Origin: Promethearchaeota archaeon
GTDB taxonomy: Archaea > Asgardarchaeota > Hermodarchaeia > Hermodarchaeales > Hermodarchaeaceae
Direction: 5' to 3'
Assembly (NCBI GenBank): GCA_048938295.1
Contig: JBHLMI010000035.1
Location: 1-21,697 of the forward strand
DNA: 21,697 bases
The notes below the pieces were generated by a model. That model searched no databases and had not been told where the DNA came from. It worked only from the letters and a program-made list of their open reading frames with translations. Positions 8,020 through 17,092 of this stretch are shown here, in pieces. The position numbers were made by a program, and so were the translations under genes. Each line of letters begins with the position of its first letter. Position 1 is the stretch's first letter.

Positions 8020-8300
8020 GGCTTGTATTCGCTTCTGAGGGTGCTACGGATGAAGAATAGCAGCTTCTTGATAACATGATTTATATACCATCAGCAGATG
8101 AGTGGGCGACGGTAGTTATCAATGATAGGCGATTGTTTTTGGTGCAATCCTTAATTTCTTCTCTTCTCAAAGCCTAGCGCGCTTTGCTACCGCCTCAACT
8201 TTTAAGCATCTAACCAGTACGAATCTACGAAATAAGGCGTATAAAACTGAGAAGAGCAAGAATGCTGTTGACCAAGTGAAGAATGGAGTTGTGAAAGAAA

Positions 8301-9443
8301 ATGCCCGGTGACGAAGAATTTGTGGTAACCCCCTGGGAAGTAACTGGAGATGTAGACTATGCCAAGCTCGTCAAGCAGTTTGGTACTGAACTCATTGATG
8401 ACAAACTTCTCGCGCGTATTGAAAAGCACGCTGGAGAACTCCACTATCTCCTCAAAAGGGGCATCTACTTCAGCCACCGCGACATGAACTTCATCTTCGA
8501 CGAATACGAAAAAGGCCACCCCTTCTATCTCTATAACGGCCGGGGACCCAGTGGCCACACGCATATGGGTCACCTTACCCAATTCATCTTCACCAAATGG
8601 ATGCAAGACAAATTCAAATGCCCCTATTACTTCCAACTCACCGACGACGAGAAATTCCTCTTCAAATTTGACCTCGAACTTGAGCAAGCACGATTCTACG
8701 CCAAGGAGAACGCTCTGGACCTCATCGCCACAGGATTTGACCCCAAGAACACATATATCATCATCGATTCGTATCATGCGAGATCAATGTACCCTCTTGC
8801 CATCCAAGTGGCTAAACGCATCACCTTCTCCACTGCTAAGGCCATTTTTGGCTTCACCAATTCCAACAATGTCGGTTCCATTTTCTTCACCAGTTTCCAG
8901 GCCGTTCCCGCTTTCATCCATTCAGTTCGAGTCGGTCACAATGTTCCATGTGTCATTCCGCTAGCGATTGACCAGGATGCGCATTTTCGCGCTGCTCGTG
9001 ATGTCCTACCAAAACTCGGCTATTTGAAACCAGGAATTCTTCACTCGAGATTTCTTCCTGGCCTACAGCAAGGTGGAAAAATGTCAGCCTCTGACCCCGA
9101 CTCGGCCCTCTTTACCGTCGACACGCCAAAGGTAATCAAGAAGAAGCTCCAAAACGCCTTCACCGGTGGACGAGGGAATGCAGCTGAACAACGAAAATTG
9201 GGTGGACAACCTGAGATCTGTTCCATCTTCGCCAACTATCAACTGGTCCTCGTTCCAGAACAAGACAAACTCAACAAACTCGAACAACGCTGCCGCAGCG
9301 GAGACATGCTGTGTGGAGAATGCAAACGCATCTGTATCGACTTAGCCATCAAGTTCCTCACAGAACATCAAAAACGACGAGAGAAAGCTCGAGATAAACT
9401 CGAGGAGTTTCTGCTCAATGAAGACGAAATCTCGATCGAGTAG
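8301..9443 (+). CDS. trpS: Tryptophanyl-tRNA synthetase (archaeal/eukaryal type)
   Basis: VTPWEV N-terminus, GRGPSG-HTHMGH (HIGH), QLTDDEKFL, IDQDAHFR, KMSAS (KMSKS), AFTGGR, CRSGDMLCGECK. Confidence 0.97.
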   Translation: MPGDEEFVVTPWEVTGDVDYAKLVKQFGTELIDDKLLARIEKHAGELHYLLKRGIYFSHRDMNFIFDEYEKGHPFYLYNGRGPSGHTHMGHLTQFIFTKWMQDKFKCPYYFQLTDDEKFLFKFDLELEQARFYAKENALDLIATGFDPKNTYIIIDSYHARSMYPLAIQVAKRITFSTAKAIFGFTNSNNVGSIFFTSFQAVPAFIHSVRVGHNVPCVIPLAIDQDAHFRAARDVLPKLGYLKPGILHSRFLPGLQQGGKMSASDPDSALFTVDTPKVIKKKLQNAFTGGRGNAAEQRKLGGQPEICSIFANYQLVLVPEQDKLNKLEQRCRSGDMLCGECKRICIDLAIKFLTEHQKRREKARDKLEEFLLNEDEISIE

Positions 9444-9701
9444 AACCAATTTCTCGCTAATGTTCGTCTGTTAGTTTTCAGCAAAAGATATGAGGATAGC
9501 CAGCTTTGTCAATTCGAGTTTGGACACAAAGGAGTTTTATGATTCTTCTTGACCTGATTTCCTTTTTCAAATTGTTTTAGATTTTATTTTTTGAGGTGTA
9601 GCTTAATTGAGCAGCCCAAAAAATGGATATTTAATAAAAGAGAATTGCTTCCATGGCTTTTTATTCTGGAACCTTTATTATAATCACGGAGGATATATCA
9701 A

Positions 9702-9842
9702 ATGTGGGAAACCCAAGGCGAAGATACTCTAAATCTATGGATCTTAAACACAAACAAACCATATCGCATTCTGGCAATTGACAACCCATATATGATATTT
9801 GCATATAGGTTTTCACAATCTAGTATTTGGGAAAGATGTTAA
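9702..9842 (+). CDS. Putative small protein, 46 aa (MWETQGEDTLNLWILNTNKPYRILAIDNPYMIFAYRFSQSSIWERC)
   Basis: Below the ORF-track cutoff. GGAGG at 9688-9692 lies 9 nt before ATG and a TATA-like TTTATTATAA at 9674-9683. No family recognised. Confidence 0.35.
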   Translation: MWETQGEDTLNLWILNTNKPYRILAIDNPYMIFAYRFSQSSIWERC

Positions 9843-9884
9843 GAAGCATTGGTGTTCAATACTTGATGAATAGTTGATTAGGAG

Positions 9885-10331
9885 ATGTCTGAAGTGTCTA
9901 GGGTAGAAAAGAAACGCCAGCCGTTCAAACTTCAAATAATGGACTTACTTATAGAGATAGGGCTCTCATCTGGTATCGCTGATGAAGTCGCCATTGAAGT
10001 TGTGAAAAACTCTGAAGAAGATACACCCATTGAAGCAATTCGAATCATGATTCTCAAAAGCCTTCGAAAATATGACGCGAAAGCTGCACAAAAACTCGAG
10101 CAGCGGTTTGAGTATATTGAGCAGCAATTAGAAGAGGTTCGACAAAAAGTAGAACGAGGTGAAGAAATCTACGATGAACAAGCAGTCGTCGAATTGTTGA
10201 AAGATGATGTAATAACTGCGGCTGAACTGTTCTTTATGGAAGGACGTGCTGGACGAAGCTGGCAACGAAAAACAGACCATCGCGATGCTGGGTCCACTGA
10301 GTTAAGTCGCGAGGAATACTATGAGGATTAA
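9885..10331 (+). CDS. Hypothetical protein; N-terminal half resembles a degenerate ATP-cone domain
   Basis: 148 aa with a 'taggag' SD directly upstream. The helical pattern IGLSSGIADEVAIEV...TPIEAIRIMILKSLRK resembles stand-alone archaeal ATP cones (judged by eye). Confidence 0.7.
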   Translation: MSEVSRVEKKRQPFKLQIMDLLIEIGLSSGIADEVAIEVVKNSEEDTPIEAIRIMILKSLRKYDAKAAQKLEQRFEYIEQQLEEVRQKVERGEEIYDEQAVVELLKDDVITAAELFFMEGRAGRSWQRKTDHRDAGSTELSREEYYED

Positions 10332-10731
10332 GGAAATACCCTCGAATGGAGAGTTATTTCCCACCATTGCTTTACCTGACGAGGACATCTCCACACCAAA
10401 GTTTCGACTCTTCATCACCATTATTGTCACAGTTTCAATTTCTACACTCATTTTCATAGATCAAGTTCTTGGATTATGGACCAGCGGTTTCTATTGGATT
10501 TTGATTGTTCTAGGCATCCTATTGAGTTGCCTGATTATCGGACTCTTACTTGAAATAAATGGTAAACGATGGAAAGGAGCTGAAGAAACGTGGTTAGAAA
10601 AATATGGGGACGAGATTGGATGGCTTTGGTGGAAGCTATGGCAAATTGTCACCACACCATTAGCTCAACAGCCTCAACTGATGATTCCTATTAAAAGCCG
10701 ACTTGCAAGAAATGAAACCGTTGAAGCTTAA
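10321..10731 (+). CDS. Hypothetical 2-TM membrane protein
   Basis: 136 aa with two hydrophobic segments and a Trp-rich tail; overlaps the upstream gene by 11 nt. Confidence 0.7.
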   Translation: MRIKEIPSNGELFPTIALPDEDISTPKFRLFITIIVTVSISTLIFIDQVLGLWTSGFYWILIVLGILLSCLIIGLLLEINGKRWKGAEETWLEKYGDEIGWLWWKLWQIVTTPLAQQPQLMIPIKSRLARNETVEA

Positions 10732-10784
10732 GCACAAGATATTTGGCTATGAAATAGTCGAGGTTTTCGAATCAACAACTTCTG

Positions 10785-12470
10785 GTGGTGGAGTTAATGG
10801 CACCCAATCACATTAAAGCTGAATCAATTAGCCCATCAAGCCTCGAAGCCATACGCGTTGTAGAAAGTGAAGAAGCTATCTGTGAGAGTTGCAGCGATTA
10901 CTTGACGGACGAGGCGCGCTTTGGTGATGGTTTCGCTGAACGACTTTTCTATGCTCGTTCTGAAGCCGAGGTAGTGGCTGTCATTAAATGGGCTTATGAA
11001 ACTAACACTCCACTCACCATTTCAGCGGGACGAACAGGATTGACCGGAGGCGCCGTTCCACAAGGTGGCGCCCTTCTTACGTTAGAATTGATGGATAAGT
11101 TATTAGGAATCGGCTTTGACAGTGCGAATAATCGCTGGTATATCAGAGCACAACCTGGAGTGACGCTAGAAACCCTAAATACGAGTATACGTAAACGGCA
11201 ACTCGACTCATTGAAAGGTCAAGGCACTTCTGAGGAACAAGCAGCCTTAGAGAAGTTCCTTACCGATCCAGACGCTTACTTCTTCCCTCCTGATCCCACA
11301 GAAATGACAGCCCATCTTGGCGGCTCAATCGCAGCAAACGCATCTGGAGCCCGTTCATTCCGTTATAAAGCCATCCGTAAATGGGTGAAGCGTTTGCGAG
11401 TGGTGCTTCCAAATGGCGATGTTCTTGATATTCCTCGTGGATCAGTCTATGCTAATGAATATGGATTTCATCTCGAACTATCTGATGGAACCAGCTGCAA
11501 GATTACTCTACCACACTATGATATGCCTTCAACGAAAAATGCTGCCGGCCTGTACGCACATAAGGGAATGGATCTGATTGACCTATTCATTGGGTGTGAA
11601 GGTATCCTCGGAGTGATTACCGAAGCTGAGGTCTGGTTGGAAAAAGCACCAGAAAGAAGCCTTACCATCTTTGCCTTCTTCCCAAGTGAAGAAAGCGCCT
11701 TAGATTTCGTGAAGGCAGTGCGAGGCAAGGAGAGCTCCGTCCAACCCACATTAGTCGAATATTTTGATTCCAACGCTGTACAAATGCTTCGCGACGCCCG
11801 TGCTAAGGGATCCGCTGGTGTCACCGTTCCGCCACAAGTGGAAAAAGCGCAAGCCATTATTTTCTTTGAAATTCCCTTTGAAGAAGCGCAAATGGAGGCG
11901 TCGTTCACAGCCGCACAGGAGCTGCTAGCGAGATACAACATCGGGATGGATGATACCTGGGCTGGCATTGACCCCGGTGATTTGGATAAAATGAAAGCTG
12001 TCCGTCATCTGATTCCTGAAACGGTGAATGCCCTTATCGCCCAACGCAAACAAAAATATCCCCGAGTACATAAGCTGGGCACCGATATGGCTGTCCCTGA
12101 TGAACATATGGACACAATGATTGCCTACTACAAGAAGCTCCTGGACAAAGCGGGAATGGAATACATCATATTCGGTCACATCGGAGATAACCATCTCCAC
12201 GTGAATATTCTTCCACGTACGGATGAAGAAGTCGATCAAGGGATGGAGATCTATAAGCAGTTTGCAAAGAAAGCTGTAGAACTTGGTGGCACGGTAAGTG
12301 CAGAACATGGGATTGGAAAACTCAAACGCCCATTCCTCCAAATTATGTATGGCGATGAGGGCCTTTCTGAAATAGCAGCAGTCAAACGAGTATTAGATCC
12401 GAAGTGGATTCTCAATCCAGGGAATATGATTCCCAAACCCGGTGAATCCATCGAGCCTATTGATGCGTAA
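10785..12470 (+). CDS. FAD-binding oxidoreductase (FAD_binding_4 plus FAD-oxidase_C; GlcD/D-lactate/D-2-hydroxyglutarate dehydrogenase-like)
   Basis: AGRTGLTGGAVP, FFPPDPT, GGSIAANASG, FIGCEGILGVIT, GHIGDNHLHVNI, SAEHGIGKLK, ILNPG motifs. Confidence 0.92.
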   Translation: MVELMAPNHIKAESISPSSLEAIRVVESEEAICESCSDYLTDEARFGDGFAERLFYARSEAEVVAVIKWAYETNTPLTISAGRTGLTGGAVPQGGALLTLELMDKLLGIGFDSANNRWYIRAQPGVTLETLNTSIRKRQLDSLKGQGTSEEQAALEKFLTDPDAYFFPPDPTEMTAHLGGSIAANASGARSFRYKAIRKWVKRLRVVLPNGDVLDIPRGSVYANEYGFHLELSDGTSCKITLPHYDMPSTKNAAGLYAHKGMDLIDLFIGCEGILGVITEAEVWLEKAPERSLTIFAFFPSEESALDFVKAVRGKESSVQPTLVEYFDSNAVQMLRDARAKGSAGVTVPPQVEKAQAIIFFEIPFEEAQMEASFTAAQELLARYNIGMDDTWAGIDPGDLDKMKAVRHLIPETVNALIAQRKQKYPRVHKLGTDMAVPDEHMDTMIAYYKKLLDKAGMEYIIFGHIGDNHLHVNILPRTDEEVDQGMEIYKQFAKKAVELGGTVSAEHGIGKLKRPFLQIMYGDEGLSEIAAVKRVLDPKWILNPGNMIPKPGESIEPIDA

Positions 12471-12516
12471 TTCATATACCACAAAACACCCTTCAAGCTA
12501 TCAATGACCTATTTTA

Positions 12517-13377
12517 TTGAGGTTTGATCCGTTGAATGATCCGGAGATTTTGAAACTGGCAGCGTTACAGATTGAACCATCCGTTAACCTCTCAGACACC
12601 TTCATGCAGATTGAAGCCTTACTCAGTCAAGCCCTCAGCGAAGAAGAATCGTTGGATTGTGTAGCATTACCCGAATATGCCTTTGGCACCTTCCGCGAAT
12701 GGGCAACATCGAAGCAAGAGAGTGATCAGTTAATAGCCCGTCTCCAGAAAGGAATGGGGGACTTGGCTAAACAGCACAGTGTGCCCATCGTTGCTGGTTC
12801 CATGCCGTATCAGACGAAACAGAACCAGTGGCGAAATCGTTGCTTTGTTTACTCAGAGGAAGGAAAAATTCTTGGATTCTATGATAAACATCATCCCTTT
12901 CGGGCTGAGAAAAAGCTCGGATTAGAGCCGGGAACAGAACGCCCCATTTTCAGGATAAAGCATCTTCGAATGGCTGTTCTAATCTGTTCAGATCTCTGGT
13001 ATCATGATCTGGTTTCCCAGATTGCGCCTCAAATCGATTTTCTTATCGTACCGACAATGACCACCGTCCTGGACGACCAATACATCAGGTATGGCCAATG
13101 GGCATGGCAGTCACTGGTGTCTATCCGGTCAAAGGAATATACCATTCCCATTGCCAGTGCGGACCAAGCCTCACGGGAATACTTCCCTGGCGTCTATACA
13201 TGTGGTGGGTCTTGCATCGCGGATCCCTCCTACCGATTTTCCAATGAGGAAGGCCCCCTTACCCAAGCATTGAAAACTGCCAACGATGAAAAGTCGCAAT
13301 ATATCACCAGCACGATATCGCTAAAGGCGATTAGAGAATATGCTAGGTATCGACGTGAAGTTGGACTCCGTGAATAA
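12517..13377 (+). CDS. Carbon-nitrogen hydrolase (nitrilase superfamily)
   Basis: TTG start; catalytic triad motifs LPEY (Glu), YDKHH (Lys), ICSDLW (Cys). Confidence 0.88.
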   Translation: MRFDPLNDPEILKLAALQIEPSVNLSDTFMQIEALLSQALSEEESLDCVALPEYAFGTFREWATSKQESDQLIARLQKGMGDLAKQHSVPIVAGSMPYQTKQNQWRNRCFVYSEEGKILGFYDKHHPFRAEKKLGLEPGTERPIFRIKHLRMAVLICSDLWYHDLVSQIAPQIDFLIVPTMTTVLDDQYIRYGQWAWQSLVSIRSKEYTIPIASADQASREYFPGVYTCGGSCIADPSYRFSNEEGPLTQALKTANDEKSQYITSTISLKAIREYARYRREVGLRE

Positions 13378-13390
13378 AAAAGAGGAGAGC

Positions 13391-13417
13391 CCTCCAGCAC
13401 CTTGAGAGTGCTAGAGG
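13391..13417. terminator. Inverted repeat between convergent nitrilase and C25 genes
   Basis: CCTCcAGCAC-7 nt-GTGCTaGAGG, a 9-of-10 bp stem. Confidence 0.4.
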
Positions 13418-13429
13418 ATAATTGTGGAA

Positions 13430-16400
13430 TTATGTTGCTTCTCCACGACGTCGCATCCGGAATACAAGGAGCAGAATTACAATGAGGAGTACAATGATGA
13501 TGAGGATGATAAGCCAATTTTGCATGAGCCAGAGTAGCCAATCGAAGGGTGGCGGTCCAACGGGAGCGATTGTAAAGATAGCCGATGCTGGACTCATGGT
13601 ATTCGTTACATCGGCATCAGCAAAGGTACACCGAACGTAATAGGAACCAATTGCAAGACTTGAGATATCAATTCCGAGCGCCTGCCATGATGTTCCAGTC
13701 CAGGTTAACGTCGCAGTAATTGCAGTAGCTGTGTCGGTGCCATTAGTGTAGATGGTGTAGGTATGGGTAGTGGCTTCGGTGTCATCGAGACTGCCGTGGG
13801 ATAGATTGCTACAGGTCGCTATAATTCCAGTTACGTCCAAGCTTGCTGTGCTGGCAATATAGGAGATCGTGGGTTGTGAGATGTCGAGCCAATGGGCAAC
13901 ACCAATGGTACTCTGATGAGGAATGTAGTTGTGAGCTGTCGCAGTGATATTCAGACTATTCGGGACACTTGCTGTGACCGTAAACACGGCATGACCGCTG
14001 GCATTGGTGGTTTGGACTTCATAGTAGGTGCCATCTTTGTCCCAAAGGCAGATGGTTGCATTTGCTACAGGCGAAGTTCCATCTAAGGCTTGAAGAACTG
14101 TGGTTCCTTGATAATTGGCGTTGGCTGGAGCGCTGATTGTTAGGGTTCGTGGATTATTGGTGAACACGTCAATCTCTGGGTCTCCAAAGAGGGCATAGCT
14201 GAGGAGGTTCTTACGGTGATATGTTTCCCATGTTGTTGGGAACGAGCTGGCAATGGAAGCGAAGGTACTTTGATAATCGATTTTATTCTGATAGAGTGTC
14301 GCTCCTGGCCGATAGGCAGTTGTGCCACTGAAGAAGAGGTCCCAGAATTCCTGTGACATGTATCGCCCTAGCCCCCACAAGAAGGATTGAGTCATGGTCC
14401 CTCGATAATACCAGCAGATGCGCATCGAACCGATATAGCCAATGGCCATATTCCGAATGAAGGCTTCAGCTAAACATTCTTGAGTATACTCATATCCGGC
14501 AGTATGACATGAGTCAGCATAGATGAGGGCAGGGATAGTGGCCGTTGTTGCATTGACTTGAGTAGTATTGAGCATATTGCCCCACAGATTCCATGGCCAT
14601 TCAAACCAGTAGACAAATGACAGGGGCATCATACCAACTTCACTGCCAGCTGCAACCTCTTGATTGAATGTCGTTTCTCCGGTAACGTAACTAAGTTCAC
14701 CAACGTCAAGGTCCGTTACATTAACACCAAATGTAAAGCTCTGAACCGCGATTGGGTAGGCGTCAATGAAGCCTGAAACGTTGTTAGCATGGTATTTCCA
14801 GATACCACCGTACTGATTCCCGGCAATAATTGAATAGTGTTCCACAGGCGTCGGATAAGTAGTAAGGAGGTCATTGTCATCGACGAATCCGATGTTTAAA
14901 CATCGAACCATGCCTGCATTTCCACCAGGGCTAGAGATTGTTTTTCTCGTTCCTACGTCCGTACCACCTTGATATCCACCATATCCAAGGGCCAAGCAGC
15001 CGGCCTCGTACATATAGATAGATCCGTCGCTTACACCAACAACGACTTTGTTATAGAAGTCATTACCAGCATCACCCGAATCACACCCATAGACAAACCC
15101 GCCTAGGTCTTTGTCGATGGTGGTGCGGAACCAATTAACCGCAGGTAGATAGAATAATCGATAAACGTTTCCAAAATCGCCAGAAGCATTAGTAAACCCT
15201 GTTCCACAGGTGATTTCTCCCATTGTGTCATCGTCGGGATCGCCTACGTCAATCGAATAGACTGCTTGACCGTGATTCCACACTAAGGCTACTCGTACGA
15301 CGTGCCCTACTGGCCCAGGTGCACCAACACAAGATGCGATAAAGGTCAAGCCACTTCGATGACCCCACACGATATCAATATTTACAGAAGGAGTGCCACT
15401 CCCCCCATAACCATGTGGTTCAAGGACATTATCGGCATTTCCAACCTCGATACATAGGACTGGATCTGAAGGTTCGGGACCATTCACTACAACTGGCCTC
15501 CAATAGGGAAGTCCAACAAGTGGAACGATTCTAGTGAAAATGACAGTTGAACCTGACCAGGTGCCCACTACCACTGCAATGGTCCCATTATTCCAGACGT
15601 CCCCGATATCAACACAGGTTGCATAGGTTGGAAAACCATCAACTGGGAAAGTCCAAAGATCCCAGATTAGGGTGTCTACCATCGTACTAGGATCTCGTAG
15701 CCAAATTGTACCATTTTGGGCAAAGGCCCCTGTACCCATGCCATGTGTGTAGACTAGCTCATTGAATCCGTCATTGTCTGGATCACCGATAGCAACTCCA
15801 GTTACTGGATTATTCCATCCTGCGGTAGCAGATGACCATGTGTTTCCATAGGGGAATCCCCAAGGGTCGTATTTTCGTTGGATGTCGGTTGGACTTCCAT
15901 GCGCAGCCAAGTTGATGAGTGCAGGCGAGTAGCGATTGATTCCTTGAATAACTGCAGTGTCGTTTAAATCCTGAAATGTATTCGGTGAAGTGTAATTCCA
16001 GAAGTTAAATCGATTTTCATAGAAACGATAGATGTCATAATACCCCGGAATATGGTTTGCATTGATGTAGTCGCTTAGTTCTGCTTCATCGGTGTAATCT
16101 TGGTCGAGCCACGCCCAGACCTCTTCATCGTAATTGCTTATGGCCCCGCCAAGGAGGAAGGTATCCCAACCTGTCGCTGAAAAGCTGGTGGGATTCCGGG
16201 CATAATCCACCGCCTTGGTGAGAATGCTGGTTACATTTCCTTGGTCACTAAAGGGGATGCGGCCAACATAAAGATCAGATATCCAATCTCCAATTTCGTC
16301 AGAGGAGGGGCCGCCCACATTAAAGGTGGCACATTCTCCCCATCGGCCATCACCGTCATCATCCCAATCCGTATCACCCATGACCGAATAGTAGAAATCG

Positions 16401-16906
16401 GTGGGTTTCCGGTTAGGATCTTGACCTGTCCATTCGGTGGTATCGGGTAAGTAGACATATCGGGAAGGGATGGTCGCATTATCACCAATGAGTAGAACCC
16501 ATTGAAGAGTAGCAGGAGTTGTTGCGTCATATATGCTCTTGATAGCAGTCCAGATTTGTTCAGCCTTATCCCGAATTGTTGAGCTCAGTGGGTAAGTTGC
16601 TTGGATCCAGCTAACATTGATCACCTGAGTGGAAACCCCTTTCAGGGTCTTCCATTCCGCAAAGGATTGGACCCAGTTACTGTTGGGTGTAATAATCAGA
16701 TATTCTGGGCTAGCTGGCTGAGGAATAACTGGTTCAAAGGTTCTTCTGTGTACATTAGACGCTGAAACCAACGCCTTATTCGACGGCAATAACAAAGGAG
16801 AATACAAGAGAGGATAAATCAAGCTAAATGTAAGCAGAGCAATTAGTGGAATTCCACACCATTTGGTAAAAGAACGTTTCATGATATCCCGTTCCTGAGG
16901 AGCCAT
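13430..16906 (-). CDS. Membrane-anchored C25 (gingipain-family) cysteine peptidase with internal FG-GAP-like beta-propeller and C-terminal Ig-like domains
   Basis: N-terminal signal/TM. C25 motifs YLIITP, VLLIGD, PTDFYY, DWDDDGDGRWGE, DLYVGRIP, AAHG (H336), ADSCH (C800), IGYIG, LFGDP. Seven GD-type repeats at residues 374-736; Thr-rich beta domains; C-terminal TM followed by RMRRR. The start could be Met9 (16882). Confidence 0.88.
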   Translation of the reverse strand: MAPQERDIMKRSFTKWCGIPLIALLTFSLIYPLLYSPLLLPSNKALVSASNVHRRTFEPVIPQPASPEYLIITPNSNWVQSFAEWKTLKGVSTQVINVSWIQATYPLSSTIRDKAEQIWTAIKSIYDATTPATLQWVLLIGDNATIPSRYVYLPDTTEWTGQDPNRKPTDFYYSVMGDTDWDDDGDGRWGECATFNVGGPSSDEIGDWISDLYVGRIPFSDQGNVTSILTKAVDYARNPTSFSATGWDTFLLGGAISNYDEEVWAWLDQDYTDEAELSDYINANHIPGYYDIYRFYENRFNFWNYTSPNTFQDLNDTAVIQGINRYSPALINLAAHGSPTDIQRKYDPWGFPYGNTWSSATAGWNNPVTGVAIGDPDNDGFNELVYTHGMGTGAFAQNGTIWLRDPSTMVDTLIWDLWTFPVDGFPTYATCVDIGDVWNNGTIAVVVGTWSGSTVIFTRIVPLVGLPYWRPVVVNGPEPSDPVLCIEVGNADNVLEPHGYGGSGTPSVNIDIVWGHRSGLTFIASCVGAPGPVGHVVRVALVWNHGQAVYSIDVGDPDDDTMGEITCGTGFTNASGDFGNVYRLFYLPAVNWFRTTIDKDLGGFVYGCDSGDAGNDFYNKVVVGVSDGSIYMYEAGCLALGYGGYQGGTDVGTRKTISSPGGNAGMVRCLNIGFVDDNDLLTTYPTPVEHYSIIAGNQYGGIWKYHANNVSGFIDAYPIAVQSFTFGVNVTDLDVGELSYVTGETTFNQEVAAGSEVGMMPLSFVYWFEWPWNLWGNMLNTTQVNATTATIPALIYADSCHTAGYEYTQECLAEAFIRNMAIGYIGSMRICWYYRGTMTQSFLWGLGRYMSQEFWDLFFSGTTAYRPGATLYQNKIDYQSTFASIASSFPTTWETYHRKNLLSYALFGDPEIDVFTNNPRTLTISAPANANYQGTTVLQALDGTSPVANATICLWDKDGTYYEVQTTNASGHAVFTVTASVPNSLNITATAHNYIPHQSTIGVAHWLDISQPTISYIASTASLDVTGIIATCSNLSHGSLDDTEATTHTYTIYTNGTDTATAITATLTWTGTSWQALGIDISSLAIGSYYVRCTFADADVTNTMSPASAIFTIAPVGPPPFDWLLWLMQNWLIILIIIVLLIVILLLVFRMRRRGEAT
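14582..15844 (-). repeat. Seven protein-level FG-GAP/VCBS-like repeats (about 60 aa period) inside the C25 gene
   Basis: VAIGDPDNDG, VDIGDVWNNG, IEVGNADN, IDVGDPDDD, CDSGDAGND, LNIGFVDDND, LDVGELS. Conserved Gly at 374, 435, 489, 555, 611, 673, 736 (spacings 61, 54, 66, 56, 62, 63). Confidence 0.75.
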
Positions 16907-17092
16907 TTTCTTCAGGATTGAAAACGGAGAACCTTGGTTTTTTCATATCCAAGTCCTCCCATAAAGCCGCCTCACTCACCAATAGTAAGCTTGTAGTTAT
17001 AATCATTTACCTAGATGCCTATTGCAGCACTGGTTGCTAATTCCTTGAGCAGAATTATCATATTGGCAAGCATTTCTGATAGTCTCCATGGA

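Noticed and set aside
8076-8177. 33-aa ORF (MIYIPSADEWATVV...) upstream of trpS as a Trp attenuator peptide
   Set aside because: Single Trp codon, no SD, no terminator/antiterminator pair, and a probable trpS promoter lies downstream of it.
8202-8777. 191-aa antisense ORF opposite trpS
   Set aside because: Same shadow-ORF effect; overlaps a clearly conserved gene.
9489-9557. Possible stand-alone C/D sRNA (ATGAGGA ... CTGA)
   Set aside because: No convincing internal D'/C' boxes or terminal stem, and the spacing is atypical; likely chance in AT-rich sequence.
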